Origin: Methanococcus maripaludis
GTDB taxonomy: Archaea; AGJL01; Methanococci; Methanococcales; Methanococcaceae
Length of the DNA: 32,000 nt
Direction: 5' to 3'
Assembly: GCF_002945325.1 (NCBI RefSeq)
Contig: NZ_CP026606.1
Coordinates: forward strand, 480,001-512,000
Shown here: positions 17,524 to 27,836 of the stretch, piece after piece
Numbering within the stretch: position 1 is the first letter of the stretch
How the letters are laid out: each line of letters begins with the position of its first letter
The notes under the pieces: model-generated
The model's database searches: none
The model's input: the letters and a program-made list of their open reading frames with translations, nothing else
What the model was told of the DNA's origin: nothing
Position numbers and translations under genes: made by a program

Positions 17524-18411
17524 TTGGTTATGGATTTTATAATTAAATTAAATGTGGGACTTATGATGGAAAAAGTTAAAGAAATTAATTTGAATGGATT
17601 CTTTGTAGAATTTGAGAGACTTGTACCTAATGAATATTTGGATAGTAAAGATTTTGAACTATTTTTAAAAAAAGAGGATATTTTGAAAGCTTGGAAAATC
17701 TGTCTGGATGATGCAATAAAGCATGATAGGCCTCCGATATTAATTAGTGTTATTCCTTATGTTCATACCTCTTTTGAAAGCCTAATGCGATTAATGTTCG
17801 TTAGTAACGAACCCAGATTTTTCGAAATTATTCCAAAAATTTTGGAAGATTATATTCGTTGGAATTATAACAAAAAAGAAAAAAAGGAAGAATTAGATTT
17901 TACGCTTTTGTTTGAAGAAATGGAAAAAATATGGGATGAAAAAAAATTTATCGATATCAAAACTAAAATTGAAAAATTAATTGGAAAAAGTGAACCTGAA
18001 AACCCCTTAAACCCTAAACTTAAAGATACTGAATCTAAACTTAAAGATACTGAATCTAAACTTAAAGATACTGAATCTAAACTTAAAGATACTGAATCTA
18101 AACTTAAAGATACTGAATCTAAACTTAAAGATACTGAATCTAAACTTAAAGATACTGAATCTAAACTTAAAGATACTGAATCTAAACTTAAAGATACTGG
18201 ATTTTTGAGTAAAAATGCAAAATCAAAAAATATATTATTAAAAATATGGGATTTTTTGTGGGAAGAAACTACCCAATGGAAAATTCCAAAATTACTAGTT
18301 ATAATACTCGTAGCGTTATTATTGATAATTATTTATAAAATTACGTTTAAATGGGACGAATCCTTTGAATTTATAAAAAATTTATCGATTATATATAGTA
18401 GTCTTAGTTAA
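17524..18411 (+). CDS. Unknown protein with long heptad coiled-coil and C-terminal TM anchor
   Basis: Globular N-terminus, eight perfect LKDTESK repeats plus a partial one, then IPKLLVIILVALLLIIIYK; the exact start among several ATGs is uncertain. Confidence 0.7.
   Translation: MVMDFIIKLNVGLMMEKVKEINLNGFFVEFERLVPNEYLDSKDFELFLKKEDILKAWKICLDDAIKHDRPPILISVIPYVHTSFESLMRLMFVSNEPRFFEIIPKILEDYIRWNYNKKEKKEELDFTLLFEEMEKIWDEKKFIDIKTKIEKLIGKSEPENPLNPKLKDTESKLKDTESKLKDTESKLKDTESKLKDTESKLKDTESKLKDTESKLKDTESKLKDTGFLSKNAKSKNILLKIWDFLWEETTQWKIPKLLVIILVALLLIIIYKITFKWDESFEFIKNLSIIYSSLS
18019..18200 (+). repeat. In-frame 21-bp tandem repeat (CTTAAAGATACTGAATCTAAA), 8 perfect copies plus a partial ninth
   Basis: Unit starts at 18019, 18040, 18061, 18082, 18103, 18124, 18145, 18166; ninth unit at 18187 breaks after CTTAAAGATACTG. 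Confidence 0.95.
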
Positions 18412-18429
18412 ATTACTTAAAAATAAAAA

Positions 18430-18714
18430 TTATTCATTTTCAGATTGTATTTTTTCAATTTCGTTACATCTGTTAATTATTTCCAATCCTTTTTTAGTTA
18501 GTTTATAATATTTTTTGGGCATCCTCTTGTTCTCACTAACTTCTTTTAGTGAAACTAAGCCATTTTCTTCTATTTCGGCAAGTAATTTACTTAAATTACT
18601 TTTGTGGATGTCCAATTCGTTTAATATTTCTCCGAAATACATCTCACCACGTTCATTTAATAAATTTAAAACGTCTGTGGCATATGCTTTGGATAATAGT
18701 TTTAAAATACTCAT
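18430..18714 (-). CDS. Winged-helix transcriptional regulator (module copy 1)
   Basis: Paralogue of 27837..28115; shared (I/L)..LL.E(I/L)E..(G/N)LVS..E..ENKRMPK.YY..T..G...I. Confidence 0.8.
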   Translation of the reverse strand: MSILKLLSKAYATDVLNLLNERGEMYFGEILNELDIHKSNLSKLLAEIEENGLVSLKEVSENKRMPKKYYKLTKKGLEIINRCNEIEKIQSENE

Positions 18715-18790
18715 AACGAAACCGTATACTTTTTTACAATAAAATATGGTATGTTTGTATTATAAATTATAGTTTGTAGTTTGATGTATG

Positions 18791-18808
18791 GTTAGTAAAA
18801 ATACTAAC
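18791..18808. promoter_or_regulatory. Inverted repeat GTTAGTA-aaaa-TACTAAC, candidate operator
   Basis: 7-bp perfect arms in the divergent promoter region. Confidence 0.5.
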
Positions 18809-18850
18809 ATTTATATAGTTGGATATCCACCATTATTATTGTAGGTAAAG

Positions 18851-18867
18851 ATACTAACAGTTAGTAT
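18851..18867. promoter_or_regulatory. Inverted repeat ATACTAAC-a-GTTAGTAT, candidate operator
   Basis: 8-bp perfect arms, same half-site as the IR at 18791. Confidence 0.5.
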
Positions 18868-18936
18868 TATAACCTACATAATACTCCACCTGAACCCCCA
18901 TTTTAATTTTTTAAAATAACGACTAATAAAAAAACT

Positions 18937-19366
18937 AAAAGGTGAAAACAAATGTCAGCAGAAATAGAAGAAAAAGTTTTAAGAAATCTAAAAAGCCACG
19001 AAGAATTGAGCGATATTTTAAAATCAACACTTTATAAAATGTCTTTAGAAGGATTTGAAGCATTCGAAGACTACAAAAATTACGCAAATCCAGATTCATT
19101 CTCAAACGTTGTTAAAAAAATTGAATGGGTCGAACTGGTTGAAGATGACAGGTTGTCAGTTCACAAATTGCAGAAAATCAAATTACCCGACCTTTCAACA
19201 AAAACCACAGAAATTATGTCAGAAGGCAATTTAACAATAGATCAGTTCTTAGTTGGATACATTGTCCCAGAAGATAAAGTTATTGAAGAAATAAAAAAAG
19301 GAAACGAATTATATTATGTAAAAGACGCTGATCTATTTTACAAAATCAATGTTGATGAATTTTAGA
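18937..19366 (+). repeat. 430-bp duplicated segment, copy 1
   Basis: About 95% nt identity by eye with 28473-28902. Confidence 0.93.
18952..19365 (+). CDS. 137-aa conserved acidic/basic mixed protein of unknown function (copy 1)
   Basis: Good RBS (AAAAGGTGA); product identical to 28488..28901 except S/T at one position. Confidence 0.85.
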   Translation: MSAEIEEKVLRNLKSHEELSDILKSTLYKMSLEGFEAFEDYKNYANPDSFSNVVKKIEWVELVEDDRLSVHKLQKIKLPDLSTKTTEIMSEGNLTIDQFLVGYIVPEDKVIEEIKKGNELYYVKDADLFYKINVDEF

Positions 19367-20159
19367 CATACCTTCAATAAACCCATACATATCCACCAAT
19401 TTTGCTTTTGTAATCATATTTGTAATATAAATAACAAGAATTTTCGTTATTATTCTTTTATTTGAATTTGAAAATACATTTTGATCGAAATTGATCTAGA
19501 AAAACCAAAAACCTACACAAATTGTATTTATAGATCAAAATTCATGTTTAATGGGCCCCTGTACTTGGTGTCAATACGAATATAGGGTTCTAAATGAAAT
19601 ATTTAAATTTAAAAATTTCATCAGGGGCCCGATATTTAGTTTAAATTAAATTCATGACTTTTTTTCAGGTTTTTGTAATAATGTTTATATATTGAAAAAT
19701 CTAATCTAAATTGTCCCGGGTAAATAGTTAAATCGTATTGACACCACTTTGAAATTTTTTACCCTTAGACCTCAAAATATAATTACGGTGAAATTGGGAC
19801 ATTCACCTTTAATTTCAAAAAAACTGATTTTTTTTAATATAACTGATTTTAAATTTAAAAATGTGAAACTTCCCCTTCAGGTATATATCTTATCCATATT
19901 TAAAATATTCACAATTAACCCCATAATAATCGTGCTTTTTTTATGATATTGCCAAAATCGCATTATTATATTCTAAATAATCGTTATTCTATTTTTTTGA
20001 TATGTCGGTTTTACTATTGGGGAAATGATTTAATTTAATGCCCCAATTTTCAGTTACCTACATAAAAACCATATATACCCCAATAAATAAACAGATCAAA
20101 GAAACTTAATTAACAGTTAATTAAGTATATTCCCCAATCCACATATTAGGTGTATAATT

Positions 20160-22349
20160 TTGAAAATAAGTTTTAAAAAAATTGGTACAAAAATACTTGT
20201 ATTTATGATACTTTGTGCAGTAATCCCACTTATGATCGTTGGAGGGGTTTCAACAGACAAAATATCAAATGAAATGGAAATACAAGGTGAAAACAGCGTA
20301 GATTTTAATTTAAAAATACTTGAAGAAACAATAAACAATATACAGTCAGAATTCGAAACCACTACAGATTATACTGCTAATTTGGATGTAGTTTCAGATG
20401 CAATTTCAAATAACGACAATGGAATATTATTAAATTTTGCAGAAAATATGAAAGAATCCTCAGAAGTAGATTTAATTGCATTTACTGATAAAGATGGGAA
20501 TATCATATCTTCATCTGACAATACACAGACGAATTTAAAACCTATTGTATCGAAATTACTTGGAAATGAAGTTCAAAGTTCATTCTTGATAATTTCTGGA
20601 GCTGAAGCTTCAAAATACAGCGATTATAAAGTAGATAAAACAAACGATGCTCTTGCACTATGTGCAGTTGCTCCAGTTTACAATTCTGGAAAACTTGTGG
20701 GAAGTGTAACCCTTGTTGATATTGTAAACAAAGATGATCAGTGGGTGGACAGAGTTAAACAGGTTACTGGAAATGAAGCTACAATATTCCTTAAAAATGT
20801 TAGAATTTCCACAACTGTTCAAACTAATGGGAGAGATGCAACAGGAACTACTGCATCAGAAGAAGTTTATACTAAATCTTTAAATCATCAGGAACACGTT
20901 GGAACTGCAACTGTTTTAGGTCAGTCATACATTACAAAATATTCCCCGATAGAAGATATTGAGGGAAATGTAGTTGGTATGATCTTCGTAGGAACTCCAG
21001 AAGGTCCATTTTTAGCAGTTATTAATGGAATTAGGAATCAAATCATAATAGTGGCAATTGCAGGGTTATTGCTTTCAATTTTGATTGCACTATACACTGG
21101 AAGAAAAATTACAAAACCGATTGAAGAACTCAAAAAAGGAACTTCTGAATTTGGAAATGGTAACTACGATTATAAAACCAATGTTAAAACTGGCGATGAA
21201 TTACAAGAACTTTCAGATTCATTCAACGGAATGGCTGGCAATATTAAGAATTTAATGAAAACAATGGATATGGATAAGGTTGAACTTGCAAATCTTCTTA
21301 ATAACGTAACAAACGTAATGAATAATGTTGCAAAAGGAGACTTTACCGCAAGAGCTGATGAAAATACGGAAAATAACACCCTTCAAAAAGCAATCAATAC
21401 TGCGGTTGCAAATGTTGCACAATTAATTAAAGATCTAAGAGAAGAAGTCGATTTACTAAATATTCAGGTTCAAAAAGTTGAAGATGAACTTAAAAGTGCA
21501 GAAGAAACTGCCACACAAGTTACAGAAGCAGCAACTCAGGTTGCAGAAGCATCAAGCGATCAGTCTTCAAAATTACAGGAAGCGTCAGATCAGCTTGAAA
21601 ATACGTACGGTGTCGCAAAAGAAGTATACAGTGCAGCAGAAGAAACAGTTAAGTCTGCTGAAGAAATCAGCGAAAACTCTGAAAACGGAGTCGAAAAGGT
21701 TGAAAATGCGATTTCAAGAATGCAATCGATAACAAATGTAATTGATGAATTAGGAAAAGCAATTCAAATGCTTGGTGATGATGGTAAAAAAATTAACGAT
21801 GTTACCGGATTAATTAAAGATATTGCAGAACAGACTGGTCTTTTGGCACTGAACGCTTCAATCGAAGCTGCACGTGCAGGAGACGCTGGAAAAGGATTTG
21901 CAGTAGTTGCAAGTGAAATTAAAGCACTTGCCGAAGAAATTAAAAAATCCGTCGAAGATATTAACCGTACAATTGATGGTGTAAATCGAAGAATTGAAGA
22001 TACAATGGATTTAGGATTAAAAGGAAAAGACGAAGTCGATAAAGGAGTAATTGCAATCGATGAAGTAAATGATGCACTTTTAAGAATTAAAGGAAGTGTT
22101 AACGATGCTGCAATCAAAATAAATGATATTAAAAAGGGCGCACAGAGTGCTACAGACAATACTGAAGGCGCTTTAAAGAATGCACAGGATATTGCTGCAC
22201 TTTCAGAAGAGTTTACTGCAACAGCAGAAGAAGTTACTGCATCAACTGAAGAATTAAATTCGATCATTGAGGAAATTAGGGGAATTGCAGAAGAAGTAAC
22301 TCAAGTCGCAGAAAGAGTAACTAAAAAATCAGGTCAATTTAAGATCTAA
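20160..22349 (+). CDS. Methyl-accepting chemotaxis protein
   Basis: N-terminal TM, extracellular Cache-like domain, second TM, HAMP, and hallmark [42 protein letters not shown] start at 20160. Confidence 0.95.
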   Translation: MKISFKKIGTKILVFMILCAVIPLMIVGGVSTDKISNEMEIQGENSVDFNLKILEETINNIQSEFETTTDYTANLDVVSDAISNNDNGILLNFAENMKESSEVDLIAFTDKDGNIISSSDNTQTNLKPIVSKLLGNEVQSSFLIISGAEASKYSDYKVDKTNDALALCAVAPVYNSGKLVGSVTLVDIVNKDDQWVDRVKQVTGNEATIFLKNVRISTTVQTNGRDATGTTASEEVYTKSLNHQEHVGTATVLGQSYITKYSPIEDIEGNVVGMIFVGTPEGPFLAVINGIRNQIIIVAIAGLLLSILIALYTGRKITKPIEELKKGTSEFGNGNYDYKTNVKTGDELQELSDSFNGMAGNIKNLMKTMDMDKVELANLLNNVTNVMNNVAKGDFTARADENTENNTLQKAINTAVANVAQLIKDLREEVDLLNIQVQKVEDELKSAEETATQVTEAATQVAEASSDQSSKLQEASDQLENTYGVAKEVYSAAEETVKSAEEISENSENGVEKVENAISRMQSITNVIDELGKAIQMLGDDGKKINDVTGLIKDIAEQTGLLALNASIEAARAGDAGKGFAVVASEIKALAEEIKKSVEDINRTIDGVNRRIEDTMDLGLKGKDEVDKGVIAIDEVNDALLRIKGSVNDAAIKINDIKKGAQSATDNTEGALKNAQDIAALSEEFTATAEEVTASTEELNSIIEEIRGIAEEVTQVAERVTKKSGQFKI

Positions 22350-22381
22350 TTTTTTTCTTTTAGTTTTTCAAGAGGTAAAAA

Positions 22382-22870
22382 ATGGATTCCAATATTGATT
22401 TTGAAAATTTTGGATTTACTGAACTTTCTACAAAATCATCTACTATTTCATCTGAAATTTTGAGATATTTCACAACGTATTGTGAAGGTAAAAAGAAAGG
22501 TTTTGATAAATTAAATCCAAAAGAATACACAAATCTAGTTTTTCTGACCTTGATGTTAATAAAGCTATTAAAAGAAGAAATTAATGATATAAATTTGAAC
22601 GAAGAGCAAAAAAGAACATTTTTAGTTTTCCAAAGATATGGATATCATGAACTTACTGGCGAATACGAAAAAAACTATTTAAAATATTCCATATGGCGAA
22701 AAGCCGATTTTTTAAAATATTCTATTGATAAATATGATATTTTTTTGGAAGAAAAGAATTCAGGATGGAAAAAAATCTATGCTATCCCAATACCAAATTA
22801 CCGTCACATGGACACAATCGGGGCAGTTATTCTGCGTGTTGCAAATAAATTAGGAATATTTGATTTCTAA
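22382..22870 (+). CDS. Hypothetical protein, 162 aa
   Basis: ATG after AGAGGT, 33 nt downstream of the MCP gene; no recognised motif. Confidence 0.6.
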   Translation: MDSNIDFENFGFTELSTKSSTISSEILRYFTTYCEGKKKGFDKLNPKEYTNLVFLTLMLIKLLKEEINDINLNEEQKRTFLVFQRYGYHELTGEYEKNYLKYSIWRKADFLKYSIDKYDIFLEEKNSGWKKIYAIPIPNYRHMDTIGAVILRVANKLGIFDF

Positions 22871-23173
22871 ATTTATATTTTAGAAATAAATTCTATTTTT
22901 TTGAATATATATTGCTAGATAATACTCCATTTATCAAAATAACCTTTAAAAAGTCTTTTAATTCCGAAAAACTTATATATCATCAATATATATTAAAAAT
23001 AGTTCCGTTAACTCAGTAGTTTTTTAACGCCTATAGGATATGATGGAAAAAGTTCTGGAAAAAAAATGAATATTCAACCCCGAATAAATTAACGGAACAC
23101 CTTTTTCAGAACATTATATTAATAAGATTTAATGCTTTTTTAATATTGTTATGTTAAGACTAATCGAAAAAAC

Positions 23174-23719
23174 TTAAATTATTGGCGGCCAGTCTGATTT
23201 ATTGATATTTTTGTTCTGATCGTAAATAACATCTAATTTATTTTCAAAGTCTTTTGAAATTTTTCCAATTAAATATTTAAAATTTTCAAATTCTTCAGGA
23301 TTTAAAAGTTCTTTTATTTCTTTTACAGTTATAATATGCATTTCTTCTTTCCACAAAAATAGATAATTTCCTTTTTTTGTTAATTCGACCCTTACTTCTC
23401 TTTTATCCTCTTCAGATTTTATTCTTTTAACATACCCTTTTTTTTCTAATTTTTTAGTCGTATTTGTAATTGCAGTATTTGTGTAGTTTAATTTTTCTGC
23501 AATTTCGGAAATTTTGGGATTTTCCATATAATAGACTGCCTCAAGATAAAATTTATCACTAATACTAATTTCCAAAAATTCTTTTTTCGAAATTCCCTGA
23601 TAAAGGTAATCTCTTGAAACTGCATACATATATTCCCATATCTTACAAGTATCTTTTACTAATTCCATAATTAAACCTACAATAATATTCCTAATATTTT
23701 TCAAATATGATTTGATCAA
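23174..23719 (-). CDS. MarR-family winged-helix regulator
   Basis: PKISEIAEKLNYTNTAITNTTKKLEKKGYVKRIKSEEDKREVRVELTKKG. Confidence 0.88.
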   Translation of the reverse strand: MIKSYLKNIRNIIVGLIMELVKDTCKIWEYMYAVSRDYLYQGISKKEFLEISISDKFYLEAVYYMENPKISEIAEKLNYTNTAITNTTKKLEKKGYVKRIKSEEDKREVRVELTKKGNYLFLWKEEMHIITVKEIKELLNPEEFENFKYLIGKISKDFENKLDVIYDQNKNINKSDWPPII

Positions 23720-24504
23720 TATATATTGGTTTTATAAATTACTTTAAAATATCTGTTACGATTCCAACGTCCCGGCACATATTTCCTTTAAATTTTAGTA
23801 ACTAATTATAATTTCAAAACAATACATGTTAATTAATACTCGTTTATTAAAAATCATATATATAATTTTATAATTTTATCGATGATTTAATTTTAAAACT
23901 AAAAAAGGAAGATTAATATTTTATCGAAGAATAATTATTTTAATCCAATTTAAACCATTAAATTCTGTTTATTATTAAAGTTTTTGATTTTTTCACGATG
24001 AAAAGTAGTAATAAGTAGAATACTAAATAAACCCATATGTGGGATAATATCCCATACTCCTACTTTGTGAATAAACTTGGGGCCAGGGGTCTGCTAATTT
24101 ATTATTGCAAAAAATATCATACACCATAATGGAAATAGCTTAAAACCGAAATGTAACTGTATTTCGCAGATACGAACTTTTTTTATCTTTTTTATTGTGG
24201 CAAATGAATTTATTCCACAGGGGTGACTGTCAGAATAACTAATATCCATTTACCACAAAAACCAAAGAATTGAAAAAATTCAGAGACACTTTATTATATT
24301 TATTTTAAGGTATTTTAAACTTTTAATTTTTAATTTGTGGAATTTAAATAAATCGGTTATTCACTATTTTAAAAGTATAATTAAAGTTTAAATTGATTAT
24401 AATTTACAATTATACGTTTAATTAAAAAAAGGACTTCATTAATTTGATAAATGTTAAATAACTCTGAGTTAAAAATATTAATTGTAAAACGAGGGGTGTT
24501 AAAT

Positions 24505-24687
24505 ATGCCAGACACTAAAAAACAAGATCCAAAAAAGCAGCAACAGCAACAAGCTCAGCAAAAGCAGGGTCAACAGCAACAAAAACAAGACCAACCGCAA
24601 CAAAAGCAAGCTCAAGCTCAGCAAAAACAGGGTCCTCAGCAACAAAAGCAAGCTCAAGCTCAGCAAAAACAGCAACATAAAAAATAA
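24505..24687 (+). CDS. 60-aa Gln/Lys-rich low-complexity protein
   Basis: GAGGGG RBS and ATG at 24505; MPDTKKQDPKKQQQQQAQQKQG...QQHKK. Confidence 0.65.
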   Translation: MPDTKKQDPKKQQQQQAQQKQGQQQQKQDQPQQKQAQAQQKQGPQQQKQAQAQQKQQHKK

Positions 24688-24712
24688 GGTTTTTTTTAAC
24701 CCAAAAAACCTT
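24686..24712 (+). terminator. Perfect 10-bp stem-loop AAGGTTTTTT-ttaaccc-AAAAAACCTT
   Basis: Directly at the stop codon of the Q/K-rich gene. Confidence 0.6.
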
Positions 24713-24779
24713 AAAATGAACGATTAATAACTAATAACCCACTCTTTTTTCACTTTTCAAAATATTGAAAGGGGTATTT

Positions 24780-24947
24780 ATGCCAAACATAAAACAGGAA
24801 GAACAAAAAGAGCGCAATCAACAAAAAATAGCCGAATATCAACGAGAAGTTGGCCCACAAAAGCAGAAAAAACAGGAAAATCAAGATGTGCAGAAAGAAA
24901 TTCGAAAAAAACAGGCACATCAGAAAAAACATCAACATAAAAGATAA
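24780..24947 (+). CDS. 55-aa Gln/Lys-rich protein, related in composition to 24505..24687
   Basis: GGGGT RBS, ATG at 24780; MPNIKQEEQKERNQQK...HQKKHQHKR. Confidence 0.65.
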   Translation: MPNIKQEEQKERNQQKIAEYQREVGPQKQKKQENQDVQKEIRKKQAHQKKHQHKR

Positions 24948-24987
24948 AGTCTGTTAAATTCCGTAAGAATAATCAATTAACTACTTT

Positions 24988-25302
24988 TTAGTTTTTTATA
25001 AACTTTATAACTCTATCCATGAGACTTTTTTGATAAGATTCAATAGTTTGTATTCCATGATCTGTTATTTTAAGAGAAATTGAATAATTAAAATGTACTT
25101 TATCCATTTGTTTTTCAAGTAACTCCCCCTGTATTTGAATTAAATTCATTTTCGAGAGTTTTTTTAAATTTCTAATTAATTTATCTTCACCGTCTTCTTT
25201 AAAATAATTTATAAGATTTCTAAATTTGAATACGGGAGATTTTTCTGTTTTATAAATGAAATAAGCATAATTCAAGATATTTTTTTGGATTTGCTTTTCC
25301 AT
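24988..25302 (-). CDS. Winged-helix DNA-binding protein
   Basis: FRNLINYFKEDGEDKLIRNLKKLSKMNLIQIQG...ISLKITDHGIQTI. Confidence 0.65.
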   Translation of the reverse strand: MEKQIQKNILNYAYFIYKTEKSPVFKFRNLINYFKEDGEDKLIRNLKKLSKMNLIQIQGELLEKQMDKVHFNYSISLKITDHGIQTIESYQKSLMDRVIKFIKN

Positions 25303-25364
25303 ATTTTCTTCCCCGGATCAGTTCAAATAACAGCTATAAAAATTTAAAAACTAAATGGGATTTT

Positions 25365-25655
25365 TTAAACCTGCATTATTATTTTATCAATATAAAACTG
25401 GTTTTTTTCAAAATCTTTTTTAGATTCAAAAGATTTGTTCATCATAATTAAATCTTTGATATTTGGAATTGAATAAAACTTCCAATCAGGCCGATTTCTT
25501 GACTCAAAGGCCCATGTCTGAAATGCTTTTAAGATCCATTTTCCAGTATTGGTTATTACAATCATGTGCGGTTCAACTACTCTTGGCAGACCTTCGTACT
25601 GAAAAGTAACTGTTTTTTTACTTTTTATTGCCGTTTTTAATGTATTTATGACCAT
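25365..25655 (-). CDS. Stand-alone WYL-like domain protein
   Basis: LKTAIKSKKTVTFQYEGLPRVVEPHMIVITNTGKWILKAFQTW...DWKFYSIPNIKDLIMMNKSF fits the WYL pattern (Y.g..R.veP..l...g...l.a.......r.f.l..I..l). Confidence 0.65.
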   Translation of the reverse strand: MVINTLKTAIKSKKTVTFQYEGLPRVVEPHMIVITNTGKWILKAFQTWAFESRNRPDWKFYSIPNIKDLIMMNKSFESKKDFEKNQFYIDKIIMQV

Positions 25656-25885
25656 TTAAACCCCCTCAATTAAAATGGTTCTATACCTTAGTAATATAAA
25701 TTTTAAAAATAGCCTTATTAAACTTTTTAGGTAGTCAAAACCAATATGCGGGGTTAAATTGAAATAATCTCGTAAAAAAGAACTTAAAAGGATTTTTAAA
25801 AATTGGAGCAAATTAAATACATTTTAGAATTTAAAATGCTCCAAGAGGTCTGAAAAAGCCATTTTTAAATCTGTTCAATTCGGGT

Positions 25886-25906
25886 CTGAAGAAATTATTT
25901 CTTCAG
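25886..25906. promoter_or_regulatory. Palindrome CTGAAGAAAT-t-ATTTCTTCAG
   Basis: 10-bp perfect arms around one central base in an intergenic region. Confidence 0.5.
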
Positions 25907-25958
25907 CAGTATAATTTCTAAAAATTGCAATATTAATACATTTTCTTCACATATTTAA

Positions 25959-26026
25959 TCAACTTAAAAAGAGCAATTTGAGCTAAGAATTATTAAAATT
26001 AAAATGATAAGGTTATTTTAAAATTT
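25959..26026. repeat. About 68-bp dispersed AT-rich repeat, copy B
   Basis: See copy A. Each copy sits at the 3' end of a minus-strand gene. Confidence 0.7.
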
Positions 26027-27745
26027 ATTTAAGTTAGAATGTATCTTTTCAATTCTTTCCATTTTCTCTTCATATTTATTTTTTCTAACCCATTTTTTAA
26101 AATTTCCATCAAAAAGATTATTGGTATTTAGATGGTGAATACTTTTCAAAATAGAATATAATGAGCCAGTATAGTTTTTAGATTCGAGTAAATCTATTAA
26201 TTTAGAAAAAGAATTAGCTATTAACTTATGCTCTTTTTCAAAAAGATAAACTAAGCCAATTTTATAATCAAAACCTTTTGTAATTATTATTTCCCTGTAA
26301 AAATTCAATAAATATTCAATTAAGTATTTTACCTCGTTTTCATTTTCGCTTTCTTCGATTATTTTGAATGTATCTTTATTGATCATTTCTATTAAATCGG
26401 ATATCCAGCGAGATTTTGTATGATGAATCTGAAATCGTGATATTTCATCCAAATTAGAATAAAATTTAACCCATTTAAAAATTAATTCTCTAGAGAGTGC
26501 CCACGAATATGTAAAAATAGACCTTAGATCATCTCCCTCATTATTTGATTTTATTTTTTCAAAGTTGTAAAGTTTGATTTTTAGAAAAGACTGTATTGTC
26601 TGAGAACAGACCCCTGTTATCATTATTTCTGACCCATAATCCCTCATGTCAATTAAACTTCTATTCGGATCATATTTTTCAATTGTATCATACGTTATAT
26701 CATATATGCATTTTAATTGGTAATGTGCAACATGATTTTTATCACTAATGTGTTTATATATCGTTTCAAGTCCTGATATGGCTGAAACTTTAATATCTTC
26801 TTCATAATTCTCAGGATATTTCATAAAACATATTTTTTTAATTAAGTATGTGTACTCTTTTAAGAATCCTTTTAACTCAGAAAATTCGTACTTTTCAAAT
26901 AAATCTTTAAAATACGTTCCAGATAGCAAATCCATACAATTTTTTAAAGCTTTGTACTGTTCCTGTTTTGCAAGAACTTTAAAAATATTTGCAATCATAT
27001 CTACTGAATACGTTTGTATTTCATCTGTTGAATTATATTTTGATTTTGAATTATGATATGAAATAATTTCTTTGGTATCTATTGAAGTCAGAATGCTTTT
27101 TAAAATATTTTCGGGTTTTAATGTATCCATTAAATGTAAAAAATAAGTTGGAATAAGAAATATACTGAAAAACATTAAAAATATTGGTAAAAGGTTTATA
27201 TTTAACCACATATCATTTTCCGAACTTGAAATAACCAGTAATAATCCTACCAATATTAAAAAAGGGGTAGTAACCAAGTAATATTGTACATATCTATCAT
27301 TTTTATATATTTCCCATATTTCTGAACCATAAGTACTTGATGAAAGTTGAACTATCAAAAAGGTAACTGAGATTATTATTGAGGCTAATGTGGCATATAC
27401 CATAGTAATATCCTTAAGATTTGAAACTACACCCTTGGAGTAAATATTTAAAAAAACCAATACATGAATGTTAAATAACAAATTAACTTTATTTTCCGAT
27501 AAAACTGAGTATATATCTTTTATTTTTGTTGTTGTACTCATAATCAGTTCTGAAATTTTGTTATCCATGTTATCGCCCATTTTAGCCCATAATAGTAAAT
27601 AAAATATATTCAAAAGCAGGAAAATTCCAAAAAACTCTGGAATTACCCAAATTCCAAAACCTATGATTAATAAATAGACTATGTAAAACATACTAAAAAA
27701 ACAGATGAAAATAAAAAAATCATTTAGATACTTTTTAAATTCCAT
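26018..27745 (-). CDS. Large membrane protein with N-terminal TM helices and helical cytosolic domain, unknown
   Basis: About 4 hydrophobic segments in the first 190 aa; long soluble C-terminus. Confidence 0.75.
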   Translation of the reverse strand: MEFKKYLNDFFIFICFFSMFYIVYLLIIGFGIWVIPEFFGIFLLLNIFYLLLWAKMGDNMDNKISELIMSTTTKIKDIYSVLSENKVNLLFNIHVLVFLNIYSKGVVSNLKDITMVYATLASIIISVTFLIVQLSSSTYGSEIWEIYKNDRYVQYYLVTTPFLILVGLLLVISSSENDMWLNINLLPIFLMFFSIFLIPTYFLHLMDTLKPENILKSILTSIDTKEIISYHNSKSKYNSTDEIQTYSVDMIANIFKVLAKQEQYKALKNCMDLLSGTYFKDLFEKYEFSELKGFLKEYTYLIKKICFMKYPENYEEDIKVSAISGLETIYKHISDKNHVAHYQLKCIYDITYDTIEKYDPNRSLIDMRDYGSEIMITGVCSQTIQSFLKIKLYNFEKIKSNNEGDDLRSIFTYSWALSRELIFKWVKFYSNLDEISRFQIHHTKSRWISDLIEMINKDTFKIIEESENENEVKYLIEYLLNFYREIIITKGFDYKIGLVYLFEKEHKLIANSFSKLIDLLESKNYTGSLYSILKSIHHLNTNNLFDGNFKKWVRKNKYEEKMERIEKIHSNLNKF

Positions 27746-27836
27746 TTCTCCACCTTTAATTTATTTTACCCCATTAAATAAACTTAAATGTCCAATATTC
27801 GATCAAAATACCTTTAAAATTACTTAAAAATAAAAA

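Noticed and set aside
18019-18200. Regular short repeat that could suggest a CRISPR array
   Set aside because: Units are directly contiguous 21-mers with no spacers and lie in frame inside a coding sequence. No cas genes in the window.
19749-19946. 65-aa ORF in the intergenic gap
   Set aside because: No clear RBS, I/F/K-rich composition expected from AT-rich non-coding DNA. Kept the region as non-coding.
21478-22267. Additional ORFs 21478..21732 (+) and 21764..22267 (-) inside the MCP gene
   Set aside because: They overlap a strongly supported MCP coding frame and show low-complexity K/Q or S/A composition typical of shadow frames of coiled-coil genes.
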